The notes under the pieces were generated by a model. It was not told where the DNA came from, searched no databases, and was given only the letters and a program-made list of their open reading frames with translations. A stretch of 42,516 nucleotides of DNA from an uncultured Candidatus Saccharibacteria bacterium (GTDB lineage Bacteria; Patescibacteriota; Minisyncoccia; Phycocordibacterales; JAACPR01): contig CAYOAC010000003.1 of NCBI GenBank assembly GCA_964401885.1, forward strand, positions 1 to 42,516, read 5' to 3'. The translations under genes were made by a program, and so were the position numbers. Of this stretch, positions 23,978 to 32,550 are shown one piece after another. The first letter of the stretch is position 1, and each line of letters opens with the position of its first letter.

Positions 23978-25927
23978 TTAGTTAAGGTCTTCTATCCAAG
24001 TATTTAGTTCTGCATCTGATGGCATTCTCCAATCTCCTCGTGGTGAAAGGGCAATAGAACCAATCTTAGGACCATCTGGCATTACTGATCTTTTCCATTG
24101 ATTTCGGAAAAATCTTGTAATGAAAACAGAAAGCCATTTTTTGATTACGTCTTCATCATAATTTGAAAAGGCTTTTGTTGCTTGCCAAAGAATCTTTTTT
24201 GGATTGCTTCCCCAACGAATGAAGTGATAAAGGAAGAAATCATGAAGTTCATATGGACCGATGATATCTTCTGTCACTTGTCCAATTTCACCGTCTTTAA
24301 CAGTTTTAAGTTCTGGAGAAATAGGTGTGTCGACAATATCAATTAATACTTCTTCAAGATTTTTATCACCGTCTGTTTGAGCAAAGTGTCGAACTAGGTG
24401 ACGAACCAAAGTTTTTGGAACACCGGCGTTGATATTGTAATGTGAAAGGTGGTCACCACTGAATGTGCACCATCCAAGTGCAATCTCAGAAAGATCTCCA
24501 GTACCCAAAACAATCCCTCCTATTTGATTTGCTTTATTCATTAGAATCATCGTTCTATATCGTGCTTGAGTATTTTCGTATGTAATATCTTCTGTCTTGC
24601 TGTCGTGACCGATATCTATAAAATGTTGCTCAACTCCTTTACTAATTGGAATTTCTTCAATTGAAACTTTACATGCTTGAGCAAGTTTCCAAGCGTTTGA
24701 TTTGGTTCTGTCTGAAGTTGCAAGACCTGGCATTGTATAGCAGTGAATGTTTTCTGTTGGAATATTTAGAAGTTCAAAAACTCTTTTTGCAACAAGAAGG
24801 GTGAGTGTAGAATCTAATCCACCAGAAAGTCCAAGAGCAGCTTTTTTGATACCAGTTTGTTCAAGTCTTTTGGCTAATCCTGCAACTTGAATATTAATTA
24901 TTTCTTCTGCTGATTCTGCACGAGCTTTTAGATCTGAAGGAATAAAAACATTTGGAATTATTGTTCGTGTAAATGTTTCCGTTGCAGAGTCTGATAATTC
25001 TACTTCTATAGTTCTAAAACTATTAATGTTTGATGATTTAGCGCTTTCTCCGAAACTTGTTGTTTTAATTCTATCTAATTGAAGAATGTCCAAATCAATG
25101 TCGGCATAAATTATTTGTCCTTCTCTTTCAAATCTTTTTGATTCTGAAAGGAGAGTACCGTTTTCGGCAATAATTGCATGACCACCAAAAACAACATCAG
25201 TAGTTGATTCATGAATACCTGAAGATGTATAAATATATCCACATACATTTCTTGATGATTGAGTTGAAACTAATTCTCTTCTGTATTTTGCTTTTCCAAC
25301 AAGTTCATTAGAAGCAGAAAGATTAACAATTACATTTGCACCAGCAACGGCATAAAAAGAACTTGGAGGTAGAGGAGTCCAAAGATCTTCACAAATTTCT
25401 GCGGCAACAATACAATTTGGATTGTTTAAATTTTTGAAAAGCATATCGGTTCCGACTGGAACTTTGTTTCCCAAAATATTAACTTCTTTTGTTGTTAAGT
25501 CTCTAGAAGAAGAAAACCATCTTTCTTCATAGAATTCTTTATATCCAGGAATACTTGTTTTGGGTACAATTCCAACAATTTTTCCTTTATTAAGAACAGC
25601 TGCAATATTAAAAATCATACTATCAATAATAAGAGGGAGACCTACAAATATAAGAGCATCTAATTTTCTAGTTTCATCTAAAATATTTTCTAAAGCCAAA
25701 AGAGAATTCTTTAAAAGAACCTTTTGATGAAAAAGATCACCAGCTGTATATCCTGTGATGGATAGTTCGGGGAAGGTGATTATTCGGGCACCATTATCAA
25801 AAGCTGTTAATGTTTCTTTAATAATTTCTTTTGCATTATAAAACGGGTCAGCTACTTTTAATTTGGGAACCGCCGCAGCTACTTTTACATAACCGAAATC
25901 GGATAATTTGTTTGTTTTTGATGTCAT
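23978..25927 (-). CDS. nadE: glutamine-dependent NAD+ synthetase (CN-hydrolase plus NAD synthase domains)
   Basis: 649-aa ORF. The N-terminal nitrilase-like domain has FPELSITGY and a Cys-containing AAEICEDLW. The PP-loop is GLSGGLDSTL. Confidence 0.9.
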   Translation of the reverse strand: MTSKTNKLSDFGYVKVAAAVPKLKVADPFYNAKEIIKETLTAFDNGARIITFPELSITGYTAGDLFHQKVLLKNSLLALENILDETRKLDALIFVGLPLIIDSMIFNIAAVLNKGKIVGIVPKTSIPGYKEFYEERWFSSSRDLTTKEVNILGNKVPVGTDMLFKNLNNPNCIVAAEICEDLWTPLPPSSFYAVAGANVIVNLSASNELVGKAKYRRELVSTQSSRNVCGYIYTSSGIHESTTDVVFGGHAIIAENGTLLSESKRFEREGQIIYADIDLDILQLDRIKTTSFGESAKSSNINSFRTIEVELSDSATETFTRTIIPNVFIPSDLKARAESAEEIINIQVAGLAKRLEQTGIKKAALGLSGGLDSTLTLLVAKRVFELLNIPTENIHCYTMPGLATSDRTKSNAWKLAQACKVSIEEIPISKGVEQHFIDIGHDSKTEDITYENTQARYRTMILMNKANQIGGIVLGTGDLSEIALGWCTFSGDHLSHYNINAGVPKTLVRHLVRHFAQTDGDKNLEEVLIDIVDTPISPELKTVKDGEIGQVTEDIIGPYELHDFFLYHFIRWGSNPKKILWQATKAFSNYDEDVIKKWLSVFITRFFRNQWKRSVMPDGPKIGSIALSPRGDWRMPSDAELNTWIEDLN

Positions 25928-25936
25928 ATATTTATA

Positions 25937-25955
25937 TAGTGTTAACTATACACTA
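25937..25955. promoter_or_regulatory. NrtR-type operator, box 3 (TAGTGT-taactat-ACACTA)
   Basis: Perfect half-sites that abut the -10 of the nadE promoter. Confidence 0.7.
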
Positions 25956-25983
25956 ATAATACTTATTTAAAATTTTTTGTCAA
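25955..25983 (-). promoter_or_regulatory. nadE operon promoter, TTGACA-17-ATTATT (minus strand)
   Basis: The reverse complement gives TTGACA (25983-25978) and ATTATT (25960-25955). Confidence 0.5.
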
Positions 25984-25985
25984 AT

Positions 25986-26717
25986 CTAGGAAAAGAATTT
26001 CCTAAGTTCTTGAGTTTTTTTAACTTTGAATTTATATAGACGTGCAGGTCTTTGTCTTCCACCTTTTGAAAGTTTTTTGGTATCTTCAAGAATTCCTAAT
26101 TGTAGAAATTTCTTTCGAAAATTACGTTTATCGATAAGTTTATCAAAAACAGCTTCATAAATATTTTGGAGTTCTGTAAGCGTAAAGGTTGGTGCAAGTA
26201 ATGAGTAAGAGACATTAGTATATTCAAGTTTTGAAATTAATCTTTCTAAGGCATATTCGACTATTTTTTTGTGATCAAAAGCTAGATTTTTGATTGAACG
26301 AGCAGGAATAAATTTTGGACTTTCTGTTTGGTCTGATTCCAAAATATTTATTTGTTCAATCGGGGCAATAGCAAAATAGGCGATACTAATAACAGGGCCC
26401 CTAGGATCTCTCTTTAACTCATCAAAAGTATACAACTGTTCTGTGAAAATATTCTCAAGCCCAGCTTTGTCTTTTAATATTCTTTTTACCGTATCAATGC
26501 TGGTTTCTCCTTCTTTGAGGAATCCACCAGGTAGGGCAGAACAATCTTTGAATGGTTCTTTTTTTCTATTAATTGTCAGTATTTTTAAGACACCTTTTTC
26601 TATGGTGAAAAGTATTACATCAACGGTTATTGATGGTTTGTAATATCTATTTGAGTCAATTGACATATCATTATCGTACTCGTTTGAATCAATATATGCA
26701 AGAGTTTTTGTGTTCAT
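25986..26717 (-). CDS. nrtR: Nudix-related transcriptional regulator of NAD metabolism (NrtR-like)
   Basis: The N-terminal Nudix fold has a degenerate Nudix box, GGFLKEGETSIDTVKRILKDKAG (REUXEE reduced to RILKDK). The C-terminal ~90 aa look winged-helix-like (FRKKFLQLGILEDT...RPARLYKF). The gene sits among NAD genes and beside the palindromic boxes. Confidence 0.75.
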   Translation of the reverse strand: MNTKTLAYIDSNEYDNDMSIDSNRYYKPSITVDVILFTIEKGVLKILTINRKKEPFKDCSALPGGFLKEGETSIDTVKRILKDKAGLENIFTEQLYTFDELKRDPRGPVISIAYFAIAPIEQINILESDQTESPKFIPARSIKNLAFDHKKIVEYALERLISKLEYTNVSYSLLAPTFTLTELQNIYEAVFDKLIDKRNFRKKFLQLGILEDTKKLSKGGRQRPARLYKFKVKKTQELRKFFS

Positions 26718-26736
26718 TTTTAGTTTTTATTATTTG

Positions 26737-26765
26737 ATAATAGTGTACACTTGACACTAAATCAA
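26737..26765 (-). promoter_or_regulatory. nrtR promoter, TTGATT-17-TATTAT (minus strand), with box 4 in the spacer
   Basis: The reverse complement gives TTGATT (26765-26760) and TATTAT (26742-26737). Confidence 0.5.
26741..26759. promoter_or_regulatory. NrtR-type operator, box 4 (TAGTGT-acacttg-ACACTA)
   Basis: Perfect half-sites. It lies in the spacer of the nrtR promoter and covers the -35 of the divergent PP2C-operon promoter. Confidence 0.7.
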
Positions 26766-26779
26766 GTTGGGTATATACT
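26751..26779 (+). promoter_or_regulatory. promoter of the PP2C-kinase-nicotinamidase-vWA operon, TTGACA-17-TATACT
   Basis: TTGACA at 26751-26756 (inside box 4) and TATACT at 26774-26779. Confidence 0.55.
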
Positions 26780-26794
26780 CTCAAATGAATCAGA

Positions 26795-26813
26795 TAGTGT
26801 CAAGTTCACACAA
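26795..26813. promoter_or_regulatory. NrtR-type operator, box 5, one mismatch (TAGTGT-caagttc-ACACAA)
   Basis: It starts 15 nt downstream of the TATACT -10, in the leader of the PP2C operon. Confidence 0.5.
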
Positions 26814-26890
26814 AATTATGGATAATCCTATTGACTAATCTATTATATTGTGATACTTTGGTGCTCAACGCTCTTTGAAAATTAAATCAA

Positions 26891-27763
26891 ATGAAAACAG
26901 ACCCTGTTAGACATATTTTTGGTATTGCTGGAGGATCCGTAATTGGATCCGAACATGCAATGCTTGGTAGACCCGGTTCTAGGAACAATCAGGATGCCCT
27001 TAATTGGGTATACGGTCGTAACTGCATATTTGCAGTTGTGTGTGATGGTTGCTCAAAAGGTGCCCATAGCGAAATCGGTTCACAACTTATTTCACGTATT
27101 CTTTCTAGGATTGTAATTAATCTTGCAGATGCTGCTTTGGATGCAAATCCTGCGGCTAATCTTGGGGTTGGTTCTGAATTCTGGAAACGTGTGGAACAAT
27201 TTTTGCTGAACGATGTTTTGACTATTACTCGCATGATTGGAGGTAGTTTGAGTCAAACAATCACTGATTTTTGGCTCTCTACAATCGTTGGGGTGCTTAT
27301 TACTCCGGATTTGACGTACATTGTTGCTGTCGGTGATGGTTTTTATGCAGTTAATGGAGAAGAGATTGTCCTCAAACCTGAGGCTGGAAATTCGCCTGCT
27401 TATATTGCATATCAAATTTCAGGCACAACCTTGACCGTAGAAAATCCTGAAATCCTTCACTTACGAGTTCATGATACTTTCGCCACTGATAGTGTTGAGA
27501 GTATTATTCTTGCTAGTGATGGTGTCCAAGATTTGATTGACAATGCTGAAAATAATTTACCTGGAAAGGCAGAAAAAATAGGCAGTGTTCATCAATTTTC
27601 GGACAGAAGGTTTTTTACTAATCCTGACAATGTCAGAAGGAGACTGGCTCTTACTGGGCTAGAAACTGTTTCTGAAAATCGTATCGCCTCGTCACCGCTT
27701 AAGGATGACACAACGGTAATAACCATCCTCAGAAAAGGTTCGACTTCTCAGACTTCTGAATAA
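26891..27763 (+). CDS. PP2C-family (PP2C_2-type) protein phosphatase
   Basis: GSEHAMLGRPGSRNNQDAL...FAVVCDGCSKGAHSEIGSQ...IILASDGVQDL. Confidence 0.75.
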   Translation: MKTDPVRHIFGIAGGSVIGSEHAMLGRPGSRNNQDALNWVYGRNCIFAVVCDGCSKGAHSEIGSQLISRILSRIVINLADAALDANPAANLGVGSEFWKRVEQFLLNDVLTITRMIGGSLSQTITDFWLSTIVGVLITPDLTYIVAVGDGFYAVNGEEIVLKPEAGNSPAYIAYQISGTTLTVENPEILHLRVHDTFATDSVESIILASDGVQDLIDNAENNLPGKAEKIGSVHQFSDRRFFTNPDNVRRRLALTGLETVSENRIASSPLKDDTTVITILRKGSTSQTSE

Positions 27764-27769
27764 ACGCTT

Positions 27770-29629
27770 ATGAAAGTAACAATTTCTGGCAAAACATTTA
27801 CAATTGCTCCGTCTAAGATGATCGGAGAAGGTGGGGAGGCGGAAATCTATGATATTGGTGGCGGAAAGGTTGCAAAAATCTTTAAGACCGCTAGTCATAT
27901 CAGTTTTCGAGATTCCCAATCTTCACAAGAAGCTGCTCGCAAAAAAATTGCTGAGCATCAAAGAAAGCTACCCGCGTTTCCGAAGGGTATGCCCTCAAGG
28001 ATTATTGGGCCATCCGAATTGGTTTTGGATCCTGCTACAGGTAAAATTGTAGGATTTACAATGCCCTTTATTCGTGATTGTGAATCATTGTTTTCGCTGT
28101 CTCAAAGATCGTTTCGAGAATCTTCTTTCGATGATTCAAAAGTCGTAAGAGCTTTTATAGATCTTCACGGTACGGTGATTAATGCTCATCAAAAGAAATT
28201 TATTTTTGGAGATTTCAATGATCTTAACGGATTGGTGAAACCTGATGGAAGTGAAGTTCTTATGCTTGATGCAGACAGCGCTCAGTTCGGAGGTTATGAT
28301 TGTCTTTTGTTTACAACCAAATTTATTGATCCTCTGTGTGCAAAAATTAATCCAGAAGGAAATGCTCCTGTGCTGTGCAAACGGCATAATGAACTTTCTG
28401 ATTGGTATGCATTTGCGCTTATGGTTATGCAAAGTTGGCTGTATGTTGGACCCTTTGGCGGTGTATATCGACCAACGGGTGGTAGAAAAAAAATACCTCA
28501 CGACGCAAGATCATTGAGTCGTATAACAGTTTGGGATGCAGATGTTATCTACCCCAAACCAGCTCGTCCTCTTTCTGATCTGCCTTCGGATGTCCTTGGA
28601 TATTTTGAAGCAGTTTTTCGAAAGGATAAACGAGAGCCATTTCCACTAAGCTTGCTTGAGTCACTTGACCGAAAGGCAAAAGGACTCATTCCGGAAAAAG
28701 TGGGACCGATTCAACCTGGCCTTATTCATCAAACTGTTCATGGCATGAAAGCAGATAGAATATTTCAGACTTCTGGAAAAATCTTGTATGCAACATGTCA
28801 AAGTGGAAAGTTGGTGTGGCTGTATGCGTGGGACGGTGGTATTCTTCGTGAAAACGGAAAAAAAGTTATCGCTGGTGAACCCGATAGAAAAATTCGATAT
28901 AGAATTTCTGGTGACAGAACCATACTTGCAAAAGATGAGACTGTTATCGTTCTTGATGCGGATGGTTCAATCGATCGTTCAATGACTGATGTTGTTTCAA
29001 ATCGACCAATGGTCGATGCAAATAGTAAAAGTATTTTCGTGATTCCAAACGGAGAACTGTCTCGACGGAGCTTAAGTGCTCATGGCCCAGTTCAAGAAAC
29101 CCATGGAAGGTTTATCGAAAATCAAACTATTTTTTGGGTCGGAGAGGACCTAGGATTCGGCTTTTATAGAGCGGGGAACTTGTGTATGTATTTTATTTTC
29201 AAACCTCAGGGTGTAGGAATAAATGATTCACTAGCTCTTCCGCCCATCAAAGGACAATTGATCGATGCGACAGTCGCTTTTGGCACTGACCGTATTTGGT
29301 TTTTTGTAGCTACTCAAGAAAATGCTCAACGTATAAATCGTTGTTATGCTCTTGATGGATCCGGCAACATCCTTGGAAGTGCCGAAACGACAGAAGGTGA
29401 TGGATCGTGGCTCTCAACCATTCGTGGTAAAAGTGCTGCAGGAAAAAACTTATTTGTTGCTACCGATGATGGAATTGTGAGAGTTGAACTGAGTGGTTCG
29501 ACTCTTGCTGTAACCAAGGAATTTCCAGAAACGGCTCGGTTTGTCGATTCTGGTTCGACGATTATCGTCCACAAGGGCGGAATCGCGGTTGTGAGATCTG
29601 GAGAAATCTGGAATCTCACAATGTCTTGA
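27770..29629 (+). CDS. atypical Ser/Thr protein kinase-like protein (YegI-like) with an uncharacterised ~330-aa C-terminal region
   Basis: Gly-rich loop IGEGGEAEIY, VAKIFK (VAIK-type Lys), FIFGDFNDLNGLV (catalytic-loop D..N), LMLDADSAQFGG (DFG-equivalent). Confidence 0.65.
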   Translation: MKVTISGKTFTIAPSKMIGEGGEAEIYDIGGGKVAKIFKTASHISFRDSQSSQEAARKKIAEHQRKLPAFPKGMPSRIIGPSELVLDPATGKIVGFTMPFIRDCESLFSLSQRSFRESSFDDSKVVRAFIDLHGTVINAHQKKFIFGDFNDLNGLVKPDGSEVLMLDADSAQFGGYDCLLFTTKFIDPLCAKINPEGNAPVLCKRHNELSDWYAFALMVMQSWLYVGPFGGVYRPTGGRKKIPHDARSLSRITVWDADVIYPKPARPLSDLPSDVLGYFEAVFRKDKREPFPLSLLESLDRKAKGLIPEKVGPIQPGLIHQTVHGMKADRIFQTSGKILYATCQSGKLVWLYAWDGGILRENGKKVIAGEPDRKIRYRISGDRTILAKDETVIVLDADGSIDRSMTDVVSNRPMVDANSKSIFVIPNGELSRRSLSAHGPVQETHGRFIENQTIFWVGEDLGFGFYRAGNLCMYFIFKPQGVGINDSLALPPIKGQLIDATVAFGTDRIWFFVATQENAQRINRCYALDGSGNILGSAETTEGDGSWLSTIRGKSAAGKNLFVATDDGIVRVELSGSTLAVTKEFPETARFVDSGSTIIVHKGGIAVVRSGEIWNLTMS

Positions 29630-29668
29630 TGTCTCAATATCCAAACAAAAACAGAAAGCACTCTTGAA

Positions 29669-30733
29669 ATGAAAAACAAAACGTTTACATCTAATCCTGG
29701 ATTCTTCAATCCCGCCAATGCAGCTTCATTCGCATATTCACCCAATCAGGGTGATGTTCGGGTTGCAGCTCAACAATTCGTTCGGCAACACGGGATCAAT
29801 CCCGTAAAGCCAACGGACTTCAAAGTTGAATTGGCCATCATTGATGGTCAAAAAGACTTCTGTTTTCCGGAAGGGTCGTTGTTCGTCGCTGGACGTAGTG
29901 GTCGCGGTGCAATTGATGACAGTGTTCGTATTGCGGAATTTATTTATCGCAACGTCGATATCATTACGGGAATTACTACAACTTTGGATACGCACTTTGC
30001 GTTCCAGATTTTCTTCCCGTCTTTCTGGACTACCTCTGATGGTGGGCCAGTGATGCCTCACACTGTCATTAGTGCTGATGACGTGGCCAGTGGAAAGTAT
30101 AAGCCGAACATCAACATGATGTCGGCACTTCCTGAACTCAAAGGGAATTACGGTTGGTTGTGCAAACAAGTTTTGCACTATTGCCGTGAACTCGAAAAGA
30201 CCGGGAAGCTGATGCTTTACATTTGGCCTGAACATTGCATTCTGGGTTCTGACGGACATCCACTCGTTGGTGTCATTCATGAAGCTCGCATGTTCCATGC
30301 TTATGTCAAAGGAGTTCAGAGTATTTCTGAAATCAAGGGTGGGTTAACTCTTACGGAAAACTATTCTGTTTTCTCGCCGGAAGTTCTCACTCGTCACGAC
30401 GGTGGGTCACCCATTGCACATAAAAACCATGGTTTGATTAAGCGACTCATTACAAATGACCGTCTGGTCTTCCTTGGTCAAGCATCGTCTCATTGTGTTG
30501 CTTCCAGTATTCGGGATTTCTTGGGCGCGATTGCTCATGACCCGGATCTAGTGAAAAAGGTGTACGTGGTTGAGGACTGTATGTCCGCAGTCACTGTGCC
30601 TGATGGTAAGGGTGGTTTTGTTCTCGATTGTACCGACATTGCAAATAAAGCGCTGGATGAATTCCGTGCCGCTGGTATGTATGTCGTAAAATCGACCGAC
30701 CCCGTCGAAACTTGGCCAAACTTCTTCAATTGA
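29669..30733 (+). CDS. pncA: isochorismatase-family hydrolase, long nicotinamidase (PncA)-like
   Basis: LAIIDGQKDFCFPEGSLFV (catalytic Asp region), TLDTHF (metal-site-like) and GQASSHCVASS (nucleophile Cys). Substrate is inferred from context. Confidence 0.55.
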   Translation: MKNKTFTSNPGFFNPANAASFAYSPNQGDVRVAAQQFVRQHGINPVKPTDFKVELAIIDGQKDFCFPEGSLFVAGRSGRGAIDDSVRIAEFIYRNVDIITGITTTLDTHFAFQIFFPSFWTTSDGGPVMPHTVISADDVASGKYKPNINMMSALPELKGNYGWLCKQVLHYCRELEKTGKLMLYIWPEHCILGSDGHPLVGVIHEARMFHAYVKGVQSISEIKGGLTLTENYSVFSPEVLTRHDGGSPIAHKNHGLIKRLITNDRLVFLGQASSHCVASSIRDFLGAIAHDPDLVKKVYVVEDCMSAVTVPDGKGGFVLDCTDIANKALDEFRAAGMYVVKSTDPVETWPNFFN

Positions 30734-30746
30734 TCTTGGTCTCTTC

Positions 30747-30767
30747 CTGAAAACTGAAAACTGAAAA
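30747..30767. repeat. three perfect tandem CTGAAAA heptamers in the pncA-like/vWA intergenic spacer
   Basis: CTGAAAA at 30747-30753, 30754-30760 and 30761-30767. Confidence 0.9.
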
Positions 30768-30784
30768 ACAAAAATACGAAAAAT

Positions 30785-31603
30785 ATGAATCCTCCTAACA
30801 ATGTTTCTTCTGCTGCCGACCTCACTGGGATTTTCGGTTCCGCCGCTCAAACAGGTGCTGTATCAAATGCTACACTTCAACAGATCGGTGTTGTCGATCT
30901 TGGAGAACAAATTCAAGCTGGATTTGGAATCAGTGTGGATGATGTTCAGGCAACTGAAGTCGTTCTCGTTGGTGTCCTCATCGATGATTCGGGGTCCATT
31001 CGATTTGCCGGTAATACGGAAAATGTTCGTAGTGGACACAATCTTGTTATCGATTCGTTGAGTGGTTCTGGCTCGAAAACTCGCGACGGAATCCTTATGA
31101 TGACAAGATATTTGAACGGAAAAGTTCTTTTTCCGTTTGTGTCGATTGATCAAGCAACCAAAATGGATTCTAGAAATTATAATCCGGATGGTGGTACTCC
31201 ATTGTTCGATCAGACGGTCGTATTCCTTGCTACAATGTTGGCAAAGGCACAGGAATTCTTGGATGCAGGTGTACCATGCAGGACAATCTCCCTGATTGTT
31301 ACTGACGGTGCCGATATTCATTCTGTCAAGCAAAATGCTGCATCAGCAGCTAAGCTTGTTGGTGACATGTATCGTGCTGAAAACCACATCATTGCCGCAA
31401 TGGGTATCGAAGATCCGTCAGCAGGAGGTGTTGATTTTAAAGACATCTTTAAACAGATGGGAATCGATGACAGATGGATTTTAACTCCTGCGAACTCCCA
31501 AAAGGAAATCCGGGATGCCTTCCATACCTTCAGTCAATCTGCTGTTCGTGCTTCACAAAATGCGGCAGCTTTCAGCCAGGCTGCTGGTGGGTTTGGAAAT
31601 TGA
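30785..31603 (+). CDS. TerY-like vWA-domain protein
   Basis: MIDAS motif VLIDDSGSI, then GGTPL and SLIVTDGAD. There is no signal peptide. Confidence 0.75.
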   Translation: MNPPNNVSSAADLTGIFGSAAQTGAVSNATLQQIGVVDLGEQIQAGFGISVDDVQATEVVLVGVLIDDSGSIRFAGNTENVRSGHNLVIDSLSGSGSKTRDGILMMTRYLNGKVLFPFVSIDQATKMDSRNYNPDGGTPLFDQTVVFLATMLAKAQEFLDAGVPCRTISLIVTDGADIHSVKQNAASAAKLVGDMYRAENHIIAAMGIEDPSAGGVDFKDIFKQMGIDDRWILTPANSQKEIRDAFHTFSQSAVRASQNAAAFSQAAGGFGN

Positions 31604-31638
31604 GTCTCGGTATTATTCATTTGATTTTTTGAATACAA

Positions 31639-31674
31639 ACGCTAACTAGTCTTGTACTAGTTAGCGTTTTTTTA
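31639..31674. terminator. bidirectional intrinsic terminator between convergent genes
   Basis: ACGCTAACTAGT-cttgt-ACTAGTTAGCGT: a 12-bp stem followed by TTTTTTT. Confidence 0.85.
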
Positions 31675-31681
31675 TTTTTTA

Positions 31682-32494
31682 TTATTCAATAATTCTTTCA
31701 ATACGTTCTACACGTTTTAATAATTCTTCATTATTGTAACGTGAACGTTCAATAGGATTCCATTTATTTTTTCCATCAACTTCATTTCTCCAAGGACAAA
31801 TTGATTTCATCCAACCGAGATAAGGTGTAGGTGTTTGATCTTCGACATTAGGATTAATTCTTGTGTAGTGAAGGATCTGACAATTATGAATACGATCAGC
31901 AGGATCTTTTGAACTATCGAGATGGTGAAAAGTTTCTTGAGACATTCTTTCTAATCTAACTCGAAAAGCCCACATCACTTCACCATGACAAACTATCACA
32001 ACATTTTTTCCATCACATTCTCGATGCAAGGTATCAATTATTCTATCTATTCTTAAACAAAGTTCGGCGATAGATTCTCCATTTGGGGGAGTCCAATAAA
32101 AAGGATCAATGTTTCTTTCTATTAATGATTCTGAATATTTTTCTTCGCGTTCTTGAACAGAAATTCTATCCATGTTGCCCCAATTACGTTCACGTAAATA
32201 AAATTCAGTAAACCAAGATGCGTTTTCTAATTTTAAATTAGCAGCAGTTTCCATGGCTCTCAAATATTCTGATGAATAAAATCTATCAAATTTGATATTC
32301 ATGTTTTGTCTAATCCATTCACCAGTTACCTGTGCTTGTTTTACCCCTTCATCTGAAAGTCTCCAAAGTGAACTGTGGCGATTTCTAAAATCATCACTAT
32401 ATGCACTATGATCTCCTTGTTTTGAACGATTAGTTGCTATGTTTCCTTCTGACTCTCCGTGACGTATTAAAATTAAATTATTAGGCATTCCCAT
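31682..32494 (-). CDS. histidine phosphatase (phosphoglycerate mutase-like) family protein
   Basis: LILIRHGESEGN (RHG motif), SSEYLRAMETA, VIVCHGEVM. Start is moved to ATG 32494 (or 32488) because the longer ORF runs through a hairpin at 32551-32576. Confidence 0.75.
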   Translation of the reverse strand: MGMPNNLILIRHGESEGNIATNRSKQGDHSAYSDDFRNRHSSLWRLSDEGVKQAQVTGEWIRQNMNIKFDRFYSSEYLRAMETAANLKLENASWFTEFYLRERNWGNMDRISVQEREEKYSESLIERNIDPFYWTPPNGESIAELCLRIDRIIDTLHRECDGKNVVIVCHGEVMWAFRVRLERMSQETFHHLDSSKDPADRIHNCQILHYTRINPNVEDQTPTPYLGWMKSICPWRNEVDGKNKWNPIERSRYNNEELLKRVERIERIIE

Positions 32495-32550
32495 ATGTAT
32501 AAAAGTAGCACTTAAAGGTGTTTTTGTAAAAAGAGATTTCTGTTTTCTGT

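Noticed and set aside
29738-31333. Minus-strand ORFs of 96-186 aa across the pncA-like and vWA genes
   Set aside because: They are antisense to genes with clear catalytic or MIDAS motifs in a tightly packed plus-strand operon.
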